Assembly: GCA_965249725.1 (NCBI GenBank)
Contig: CBDFMQ010000002.1
Span: forward strand, 2,464,001-2,528,000
Length of the DNA: 64,000 bases
Reading direction: 5' to 3'
Source: Longimicrobiales bacterium
Lineage (GTDB): Bacteria > Gemmatimonadota > Gemmatimonadetes > Longimicrobiales > Gaopeijiaceae
Made by a program: the position numbers and the translations under genes
Part shown: piece after piece, positions 56,502 through 64,000 of the stretch
How positions within the stretch are numbered: the first letter of the stretch is position 1
Layout: every line of letters begins with the position of its first letter
Notes under the pieces: generated by a model
The model's database searches: none
The model's input: only the letters and a program-made list of their open reading frames with translations
Told to the model about the DNA's origin: nothing

Positions 56502-57533
56502 CTAGTAGAGCGCCTGCGTGTCGAGCACGTTCAGTAGCGGCTCGTCTGCCAAATAACGCCTGAGGTTCTCGCAGAATAGGTCGGTGATTCTACCATTCTC
56601 GCGGTCGCTCGTGCTTGCCGAGTGAGGGCTCACAATCACCTTTGACATGTCCCAGAGGGGGGAGTCCGTCGGGAGCGGTTCCTCGGCGAACACGTCCAAC
56701 GCGGCCCCTGCCAGATGCCCCGACGTGAGAGCATCGGCGAGCGCATCCTCATCCACCAGGGCGCCACGCGACACGTTGATCACCACGGCTCCCGGGGCCA
56801 GCAGTGCGAGCTCACTCTCGCCGATCAATCCCTCGGTCTCCGGCGTGTGCGGAGCCCCCAACACGATGTGCTCCGCCCCCTCGATCGCTCTGTGGAGGTC
56901 CGTGAACGCGAACAGCTCGTCGAGGTACAGCGAGTCCGGATCGACGCCGTCGACGGTGCGCTTCACTCCCACGGTGCGCATCCCTAACGCCCGAGCCATT
57001 CTGGCCACCTCGGTCCCGATGGACCCCATGCCCACGATGACCACGCTGCGGCCCGGCAGATCGGTAGCGGCGTATCGCTCCCAGTGATGCCGCGCCTGGT
57101 CCTCGAGCGTCCCGATCAGGCGCTTCCGGAACGCCAACATTGCCATGATGCTGAATTCGGCGAGGGGAATGGCGTGAACGCCGCTCGCGGTCGTGAAGAC
57201 TGTGTTCGGCATGCGCTCCGCGTAACCCAAGCGGTGCACCAGCTGGCCGATTCCAGCGCTCGTTGCCTGGATCCAACGCACATCGGGAGCACGCTCAGGT
57301 AGGTCGTCGAAGTGGGTCCGATCGAAATCGAAGAGCACCTCGGCGCTCGCCAGGTGGGCGAGCCAACCCTGCTCGTCCGTTTCCGATCGTTCGAACGGTG
57401 CCCCGGTGTGGTCCGCCCCGTATCGCGGTGTGGCGAGGAGGGTCGGCTCGTAGACGACGTCCAGGCGAGGATCGACCCCGCGAATCCGCTCTACGTGCTC
57501 CGGCTCGAGATAGCTGGCGATGACGAGGTGCAT
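56502..57533 (-). CDS. D-2-hydroxyacid dehydrogenase (NAD-binding)
   Basis: WIQATSAG, GMGSIG, NVSRG, LDVFAEEPL, SPHSA; GAGGA RBS. Confidence 0.92.
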   Translation of the reverse strand: MHLVIASYLEPEHVERIRGVDPRLDVVYEPTLLATPRYGADHTGAPFERSETDEQGWLAHLASAEVLFDFDRTHFDDLPERAPDVRWIQATSAGIGQLVHRLGYAERMPNTVFTTASGVHAIPLAEFSIMAMLAFRKRLIGTLEDQARHHWERYAATDLPGRSVVIVGMGSIGTEVARMARALGMRTVGVKRTVDGVDPDSLYLDELFAFTDLHRAIEGAEHIVLGAPHTPETEGLIGESELALLAPGAVVINVSRGALVDEDALADALTSGHLAGAALDVFAEEPLPTDSPLWDMSKVIVSPHSASTSDRENGRITDLFCENLRRYLADEPLLNVLDTQALY

Positions 57534-57538
57534 GTCCT

Positions 57539-57931
57539 CTAGAGCAGGTTCTGCCTCGTCCTGGCCCCTGACGTCATGCGTGCCAGAGTTTGATTCAGCT
57601 TCTTCTCCAGCGCGGCGGTGCGTTCCTTGGCCTCGGTTGCGGAAAGCCGCTCTTGCCCGAACAAGTGGCACGTCGTGTAGAACTCGCGGAAGTGACTCAG
57701 GATTTCGCCGACCTCTCGACGTGCGTCGTGATCGGCTCGGCGATCGGGATCGTCGCTCGCCGCTCCCTCCAAGGCGTCGTCGTCACCACCCGAATACACC
57801 GCGCGCTGGGCCAGCAGAAGGGCCGGCACCATCGACATGGCCACCCTCACCACGACATCATCCACAAGCACGACCGCAATAGCAATCAAGACGAGAAGGA
57901 AGATGATGGTGCCCTTGTCACTGCCATTCAT
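57539..57931 (-). CDS. Hypothetical membrane protein
   Basis: Two N-terminal hydrophobic segments, helical C-terminus, 5 nt from the next gene. Confidence 0.7.
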   Translation of the reverse strand: MNGSDKGTIIFLLVLIAIAVVLVDDVVVRVAMSMVPALLLAQRAVYSGGDDDALEGAASDDPDRRADHDARREVGEILSHFREFYTTCHLFGQERLSATEAKERTAALEKKLNQTLARMTSGARTRQNLL

Positions 57932-58019
57932 GGTGACGCCTCGCGCTTCTTGGTGACTTGGAGAGCTACTTCAATGGTACACTCGTCGGTGCCGTCGGGC
58001 CTCCCTTTTTTTGCTCTAC

Positions 58020-58046
58020 TGCAACCTTTGACGCCCTCGCGTCGTC
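58020..58046 (+). promoter_or_regulatory. Candidate ECF promoter
   Basis: TGCAAC-N17-CGTC(CTATAG). Confidence 0.55.
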
Positions 58047-58062
58047 CTATAGACAACGCTCT

Positions 58063-58123
58063 TGTAGACAGGCGAGGGGAACTCCTGTAGGCTGTCTAGG
58101 AGACGCCTTGTAGGCTGTCTAGG
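58063..58123. promoter_or_regulatory. Three pseudo-palindromic PadR operator repeats at 23-bp period
   Basis: TGTAGACAGGCGAGG (58063), TGTAGGCTGTCTAGG (58086, 58109). Confidence 0.7.
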
Positions 58124-58153
58124 GGAAGACATATCAAAAGGGAGCGACGCCGC

Positions 58154-58489
58154 GTGGGCACAGCACGAACCGATCTGCTACAGGGGACCCTCGACCTCCT
58201 GGTCCTGAAGACACTCCAGGTCGGGCAACCGATGCACGGATGGGGCGTCGCCGTGCGCATCCAACAGGTCTCCGAGGACACCCTTCGGCTCAACCAGGGC
58301 TCCCTGTATCCGGCACTTCACCGGCTCGAGCACAAGGGATGGGTCCAATCCGAATGGGGAACGTCCGAGAACAATCGAAGGGCCAAGTTCTACAGCCTGA
58401 CGACCCTGGGCGGGTCGAAGTTGGCTGAGGAGCAGGCTCACTGGGATCTGTTCACGGGTGCGGTCGAGCGCATCCTGACGTCGGGCTGA
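58154..58489 (+). CDS. PadR family regulator (acidobacterial subfamily)
   Basis: LLQGTLDLLVLK, HGWG, QGSLYPALHRLE, SENNRRAKFY. Confidence 0.93.
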   Translation: MGTARTDLLQGTLDLLVLKTLQVGQPMHGWGVAVRIQQVSEDTLRLNQGSLYPALHRLEHKGWVQSEWGTSENNRRAKFYSLTTLGGSKLAEEQAHWDLFTGAVERILTSG

Positions 58490-58508
58490 AGCCGAGTAAG
58501 GGGCGGGA

Positions 58509-61190
58509 ATGATGGGGATGTTCATGGACTGGCTCAGGGGTTGGCACCTCAAGCTGAAGACCATTCTGCGTCCCGACGCCGCATGGATGGCGTTGGACGA
58601 CGAACTCCGCTTCCACGTGGAGATGGAGATCGATCGCCTGATCCGAGAAGGACGTTCACCGAAGGACGCCCGCCGAGAAGCGATGATCCGCTTCGGGGGT
58701 GTCGATCGATTCGCCGAGAAAACCCGGGAGGCCCGGGGCACACAATTGGGGGAGGACGTAATGCAGGATCTCAAGTACGGGATACGGATGATCGTGAAGA
58801 ACCCACTGTTCAGCACGGTGGCGATTCTTACGCTCGCACTCGGCATCGGCGCGAATACTGCCATCTACACGGTGGTCGAGGCCGTCCTTCTCGAGCCGCT
58901 TCCCTTTGAGAATCCGAACGAACTGGCCCTGCTTTGGACCCGCAACGACGCCGAGAACCAGGACAAGTACATGGTTTCGCCGATGGACTTCGACGACTGG
59001 CGCACCATGAACTCGACGTTCGAGTCCATGGCAGGCTTCTGGCCAACCACCGGTACGCTCACCGAGGTCGACGGCAACCCGACTCGTGTGCGCATCGTGT
59101 ACACGACCGAGGACTTTTTTCAGGTGATGGGCGCGGCTCCGTTCTCAGGACGCACCTTCGGGCCGGATGACGGCCCGGGGTCGACCCAGGTCGTCATTCT
59201 GAGCCACGGATTCTGGCAGCGTCGCTTCGGAGGGGACGTGGCCATCGTGGGGCAGACGATCACGATCGATGGCAACCCCTTCGAGGTGATTGGAATCGTG
59301 CGACCCGAGCACACATACCCCACCGACGCCGAGATGTGGGTCAACATGAATTGGCCTATGCAGATCCAGAGCCGCGGTGCCCGTTGGATGAGCGCCATCG
59401 GCCGGCTCTCGGATGAGGACGGTATGGCCGCCGCGCGGGCAGACCTGACGGCAGTGGCGGCTCGCGTCGAACAAGCGAATCCAGCATCTAACCGGGGCTG
59501 GACCGTCACGATGGAGAAGCTCCACGCCGAGATGGTGGGCGATACCCGAACCGCCCTCCTGATCCTGCTGGGTGCGACCGGCTTGGTCCTGCTCATCGCA
59601 TGCGCGAACGTGGCGAACCTGCTGCTTTCCCGCTCGGAAGTCAGAGCCAAGGAGATCGCTGTACGGGTGGCGTTCGGGGCAGGCCGTGGCAGGCTCGTGC
59701 GACAGTTGGTCACCGAGAGTCTGGTGCTCGCGGGAGCGGGCGCTGTCCTTGGGCTGGCCTTGGCGCAGGTCGGGGTGAGGGTGCTGCTCGGGATGGCCCC
59801 CGTGACCCTTCCTCGCGGAGACGCGATAGCACTCGACGGCACCGTGTTGGGCATCATGGCCGGGGTGAGCCTACTCACGGGGATCTTGTTCGGGCTGGCC
59901 CCCATCGTGCGTCTGCTGCGCTCGGACCTGCACAGCTCCATGCGGGACGGATCGCGATCCACCGCCAACGCCAACAAGCACCGCATCCAGAACGCTTTTG
60001 TGGTCGGTCAGTTCGCCATGGCCCTGATGCTCGTGGTCGGGGCCGGGCTGCTGGTGCGTAGCTTCCAGAACCTCCGCTCGGTGGACAGCGGCTTCGTGTC
60101 GTCTGGTGTGCTCACGCTGGAACTCGACGTCTCGACGGCCATCGCCGCCACCCATCCGGAGGTCATCGACTTCTACGACCAGTTCGAGCAGCGGGTTGCA
60201 GCGCTTCCCGGTGTGACCGGGGTGGGTGACGCATCGACGCTCCCACTCGCCGAGGCGCTCGACTACAGCGTGCCCTTCAGCTTCGTCGACTGGGAGGTGC
60301 CGGCCGAGATCGAGACGCGAGCGTTCATCCGTCCCGTAAGTCCAGGCTTCCTGGAGGCCATGAGGACCCCCATCGTGGCTGGCCGCAACTTCAACTCCCT
60401 GGACCGGGTGGGGGCTCCCGGCGTGGCGCTCATCAACGAGGCGCTGGCCGAGCGCTTTTTCCGGGGAGAGGATCCCATCGGCACGAAGATCGGCAACATG
60501 CAGACCCAGTACGGACCCCTGGGCGGGATCCACATGGCCGGCGACATCAGTGAATCCGAGATCGTGGGCGTGGTGAAGGACGTGAAGTACGACGGTCTCA
60601 AGTCGGATGCCGTTCCGGCTCTCTACCTCAGTGGACTCCAGACCTCGATCAAGCGGAGAACCATTGCGGTCCGTTCCACGGGCTCATCCGCTACGCTCCT
60701 GCCCGCCATCCGCAGAGAACTGGCCGCCATGAACCCGAGCATGGCTCTCACGAACGTCAAGACCATGGACGATGTGCTGTCGAATGCGCAGTCCCGAGAT
60801 CGGTTCAGCGCTCTCCTGCTGACCATGTTCGGGTTCGTGGCACTGATCCTGGCTTCCGTGGGTGTCTATGGCGTACTGGCCTACGCCGTGGAACAACGGA
60901 CCAACGAAGTCGGAATCCGCATGGCGTTGGGAGCCGACCGGAGCGACGTGCGGAGCATGGTGCTGATCGACGGAGTCAAGCTCGTGTTGATCGGGTTGGG
61001 CGTGGGAGTGGTGGGAGCGATCTCGCTCTCAGGTCTTCTGGCCAGTCAGCTCTTCGGCGTGAATCCCCGCGAGCCGTTTACCTACATCGCCGTGGCCTCA
61101 GCTCTTCTGGTGGTGGGATTGGTGGCCAGCTACGTGCCCGCGTGGAAGGCGACGAGGGTGTCGCCGGTGGTGGCGATGAGGTGCGAGTAG
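58509..61190 (+). CDS. ADOP-type duplicated ABC permease with permease-prefix domain
   Basis: LDDELRFHVEME...ARREAMIRFGG prefix; ALGIGANTAI, ACANVANLLL, EVGIRMALGA. Confidence 0.94.
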   Translation: MMGMFMDWLRGWHLKLKTILRPDAAWMALDDELRFHVEMEIDRLIREGRSPKDARREAMIRFGGVDRFAEKTREARGTQLGEDVMQDLKYGIRMIVKNPLFSTVAILTLALGIGANTAIYTVVEAVLLEPLPFENPNELALLWTRNDAENQDKYMVSPMDFDDWRTMNSTFESMAGFWPTTGTLTEVDGNPTRVRIVYTTEDFFQVMGAAPFSGRTFGPDDGPGSTQVVILSHGFWQRRFGGDVAIVGQTITIDGNPFEVIGIVRPEHTYPTDAEMWVNMNWPMQIQSRGARWMSAIGRLSDEDGMAAARADLTAVAARVEQANPASNRGWTVTMEKLHAEMVGDTRTALLILLGATGLVLLIACANVANLLLSRSEVRAKEIAVRVAFGAGRGRLVRQLVTESLVLAGAGAVLGLALAQVGVRVLLGMAPVTLPRGDAIALDGTVLGIMAGVSLLTGILFGLAPIVRLLRSDLHSSMRDGSRSTANANKHRIQNAFVVGQFAMALMLVVGAGLLVRSFQNLRSVDSGFVSSGVLTLELDVSTAIAATHPEVIDFYDQFEQRVAALPGVTGVGDASTLPLAEALDYSVPFSFVDWEVPAEIETRAFIRPVSPGFLEAMRTPIVAGRNFNSLDRVGAPGVALINEALAERFFRGEDPIGTKIGNMQTQYGPLGGIHMAGDISESEIVGVVKDVKYDGLKSDAVPALYLSGLQTSIKRRTIAVRSTGSSATLLPAIRRELAAMNPSMALTNVKTMDDVLSNAQSRDRFSALLLTMFGFVALILASVGVYGVLAYAVEQRTNEVGIRMALGADRSDVRSMVLIDGVKLVLIGLGVGVVGAISLSGLLASQLFGVNPREPFTYIAVASALLVVGLVASYVPAWKATRVSPVVAMRCE

Positions 61191-61227
61191 GGGGATCGAG
61201 AGGCTCAGGACGTGCGGGCTTCCTCTC

Positions 61228-63894
61228 CTACCGCGTAGTCAACTCCTCCGAAAAACCCTCGATCACCACGAGAGGCATGAGATCCGCCTCGTTTGACAGC
61301 TGGATCATCACGAACCGATCTCCGTCGGGGTGGACGTCGTATTGAGCATGGGTTCCGCCTAATGAAGTGCCGGCAAAAGAGAACAACGGCCGCCTTCGAC
61401 CGATGATGAACGTGGCCCCGGGAAGGACCTCCGCCGCCATGAGCTGGAAATCCCCGCTCTTGTAGTACAGCTCGTTACCGTCGGGCGCCCAGCGCGGGGA
61501 CGTGGCCCGATCTGTCGAAACCGGCCACTTGCCATCATTGACGTTGGGGAAGGGCCTGACGTAGATGTGCTCCTCGCCGGACTCGTTCGAAACGTACGCG
61601 ATCCACCGGCTGTCCGGTGAAAGGGCGAAGTTGCCCTCGAAGGCGTTCGGATCGTTGAGCAGGGGCGTCAACTCTGATCCAGTCCCAAGCCGCGTCGCGT
61701 AGATGTCCCCGGCCATGCGCACCACCATCCACTCGCCATCTCGAGAAAACTCGACTTCGGCGATCCGCCCGGGGGCGTCCAGCACCAACTCGGCGGGTGC
61801 CGCGGCGTCACTGCGACGCGCGTACACATCTTGGTTCTCGATGCGCTGCGACAGGAAGGCGATCGTGGTCTCGTCCGGCATCCACACGCCGCGAATCGAG
61901 TTCTCCTCAAAGGTCAGCTTGGACTGGGGCCCGGCGTCGAGTTCCTTGACCCAAACGTGTCGCTCGACCCCGTCGACAATAGTCACCGACAACCGGCTCC
62001 CGTCCGGCGAGAGTCGGGGATCCACGAAGAGCCCGCGCCAACTGGCGTCGATCGGCACGGCGTTCCCACTCCGGTCCATCCAGACCGCAGTACGGTCCCC
62101 GGATGTCGTTACGGTACCAGGCGTGTACACCAGAGTCCCGTTCTCCGAGACGGCAAAGTCGGCCGTGACCAACGCCTCGACCTCAAGCCCCTCGAAGACA
62201 GGCGTAACAGGGCCCAACTCGAGGGTGGCGGGATCGAGCGAGGCCGCCACCAGCGTCCCGTCTCCTCGCACCGCCAGGATATGGCCGGTGTTGGACCATA
62301 CAGCCTGGATTCCCTGCAGAAGCACCGTGACCTCGCCCGTCTCGATGTCGGCGACGGCGATGTCCCGGGTGTCCGCGTCGTACTGATTCACCCTGGCCCT
62401 CGCGAAGAGCACCAGCCGAGAGTCCGGAAGAACGTCCGGAAAGTAGTGGCCAATCTCCTGGCTGGTGGAGTCCGCCCGCGTGATCGTCTCGACGTCACCG
62501 CCCGTCTCGGACACGCGATACATTGAGGACGGCGATTCGACGTCCAAATCCCACTGGCTGAAGTAAAGGTACCCGTCGTCCCCCCAGGACACGCCCGCGC
62601 GGCGGAGCCGAGGGTCGGCGTAGAGCGTTAGCGGCGGGCGGCCATCGAGCGAAGCGACCGCGAGGGTTCGGTCATCCGTGATGAATGCAACCCGGTCGCC
62701 ATCGGGCGAGAACGTGGGCTGGCTACCGAAGTCGGTGCCGGGGAGCTCGACCGGCTCGAGTCGATCACGCGTCCGGACCCAGAGGGCCGGCCGACCGGAT
62801 TCCTCGGTCATGCCCGAGTAGACGATGCTGCGTCCATCCGGCGAGATCGTCACGTTGCTTCCGAAGTCGGTGTTGGCGCCCAATCCAACGGGCACGTCGA
62901 GCTCATAGCGGAGGACGCCCTGCCCCTCGGCCGCGGGGCGACTGAACGCTACGAACGCGAGGGCGATCGTCGTCGCGGCGAGTACGCCCGTCGACAGCAT
63001 CCAGCGACGAGAACTCGCGCCGCCCGCCACCGCACCCGTCGGCTCGCCACCGTGCCTGAAGCCGGGGTCGTTCAGCGCGTCGGCGAGGGCCTTGGCGGTC
63101 GGGAATCGGTCGGCCGGCAGCTTCTCGAGCACCCGCCGGATCGCCGCATCCACATTAGCCGGAATCGTCGGCCGGGCGGTCGTCGCGGACACGGGTCCGC
63201 CCGCGATGATCTTGCCGAGCACCGCCTGGGCCGTCGCCCCCGCGTAGGGCGGCTCGCCCACCAGCGTCTCGAAGAGCACGCAGCCGAGCGCGTACATGTC
63301 GCTCTGCGGGCCCACGAACGTGTCGCCCGTCGCCTGCTCCGGGCTCATGTAATAAGGCGTGCCCACGCTGAGCCCTGTCTCGGTGAGGCGCGCGCCGCCC
63401 GCCGCTCCCACAGCCAACGCGATCCCGAAGTCCGCAATGACGGGCCTACCCTCCTGGAGTAGGATGTTGGCCGGCTTGATGTCGCGATGCACAACCTTCT
63501 GGCGGTGCGCATAGTCGAGCGCCTCAGCCAGGTCCGTGGCGAGACGAACGGCCTCATCGACCGGCAGTTGGTGCTCCCGGTTGAGACGGTCCCGCAACGA
63601 CTCGCCCTCCACGTAAGGCATCACGTAGTAGAGGAACGTGTCCGCCTCGCCCGAATCGAAGAGCGGAAGGATGTTCGGGTGCTGCAGGTTCGCGGTGGTC
63701 TTGATCTCAGCCAGGAAGCGTTCGGCTCCGACTACGGCGGCCAGTTCGGGCTTCAGGACTTTGAGGGCGACCTTGCGCTCGTGTTTGAGATCGTCCGCCA
63801 GGTAGACCGTCGCCATCCCGCCTTCACCCAGCTCGCGCTCGATTGCGTAGCGACCCCGGAGGGCGGCGTTCAGTCGTTCGATGGGATCGGACAT
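61228..63894 (-). CDS. Membrane Ser/Thr protein kinase with TolB-like (PD40) propellers
   Basis: Kinase domain closely similar to 474..3191; HRDIKPANILL, DFG, TM, SPDG repeats. Confidence 0.93.
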   Translation of the reverse strand: MSDPIERLNAALRGRYAIERELGEGGMATVYLADDLKHERKVALKVLKPELAAVVGAERFLAEIKTTANLQHPNILPLFDSGEADTFLYYVMPYVEGESLRDRLNREHQLPVDEAVRLATDLAEALDYAHRQKVVHRDIKPANILLQEGRPVIADFGIALAVGAAGGARLTETGLSVGTPYYMSPEQATGDTFVGPQSDMYALGCVLFETLVGEPPYAGATAQAVLGKIIAGGPVSATTARPTIPANVDAAIRRVLEKLPADRFPTAKALADALNDPGFRHGGEPTGAVAGGASSRRWMLSTGVLAATTIALAFVAFSRPAAEGQGVLRYELDVPVGLGANTDFGSNVTISPDGRSIVYSGMTEESGRPALWVRTRDRLEPVELPGTDFGSQPTFSPDGDRVAFITDDRTLAVASLDGRPPLTLYADPRLRRAGVSWGDDGYLYFSQWDLDVESPSSMYRVSETGGDVETITRADSTSQEIGHYFPDVLPDSRLVLFARARVNQYDADTRDIAVADIETGEVTVLLQGIQAVWSNTGHILAVRGDGTLVAASLDPATLELGPVTPVFEGLEVEALVTADFAVSENGTLVYTPGTVTTSGDRTAVWMDRSGNAVPIDASWRGLFVDPRLSPDGSRLSVTIVDGVERHVWVKELDAGPQSKLTFEENSIRGVWMPDETTIAFLSQRIENQDVYARRSDAAAPAELVLDAPGRIAEVEFSRDGEWMVVRMAGDIYATRLGTGSELTPLLNDPNAFEGNFALSPDSRWIAYVSNESGEEHIYVRPFPNVNDGKWPVSTDRATSPRWAPDGNELYYKSGDFQLMAAEVLPGATFIIGRRRPLFSFAGTSLGGTHAQYDVHPDGDRFVMIQLSNEADLMPLVVIEGFSEELTTR

Positions 63895-64000
63895 GGCGAG
63901 GCTCCTGGATCAGGCGGTGCTCAACATCCTATCCGCAAGTCGGGGAGGCGCAAGCAGAGGCGGTCGATTCGCTCATCGCCTAGAGCCGGATTCAGTTCTC

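Noticed and set aside
57985..58015. Terminator at the T7 run
   Set aside because: No convincing stem, and it lies in a divergent promoter region
1..64000. Mobile element, prophage, tRNA/rRNA or defence island
   Set aside because: No transposase, integrase, phage, RM/cas genes or RNA-gene signatures recognised; only a solitary VapBC pair

Overview
GC-rich bacterial chromosomal segment, probably Gemmatimonadota (Longimicrobiales-like). This is inferred from the two 'MxDPIxRLNAALxGRYxIERELGEGGMATVYLADDLKH' Ser/Thr kinase-TolB paralogs at the window ends and the PadR/ADOP ABC-permease modules. It holds about 50 genes: housekeeping (ddl, cystathionine beta-synthase, mutS, holA, apgM), a VapBC pair, a copper P1B-ATPase, two ECF sigma/anti-sigma pairs, four tandem M16 peptidase genes, an IYD-like nitroreductase / GCS2-CBS ligase / AstE-like deacylase / SRAP run, D-amino-acid hydrolases, and four ADOP permeases with three PadR repressors and one ATPase. 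I saw no rRNA, tRNA, CRISPR array, transposase or integrase. The strongest unannotated signals are: (i) a recurring ECF-type promoter (AAC-N17-CGT) upstream of five units; (ii) sigma54 promoters, one in front of the ECF sigma gene with paired palindromic enhancer-like sites; (iii) small ORFs missed by the ORF track, including a 35-aa membrane peptide with its own promoters, 3' hairpins, tandem repeat and terminator; (iv) permease N-terminal prefix type co-varying with the neighbouring PadR type and operator; (v) many short tandem duplications, deletions and one frameshift. All functional calls come from motif recognition by eye; no searches were run.
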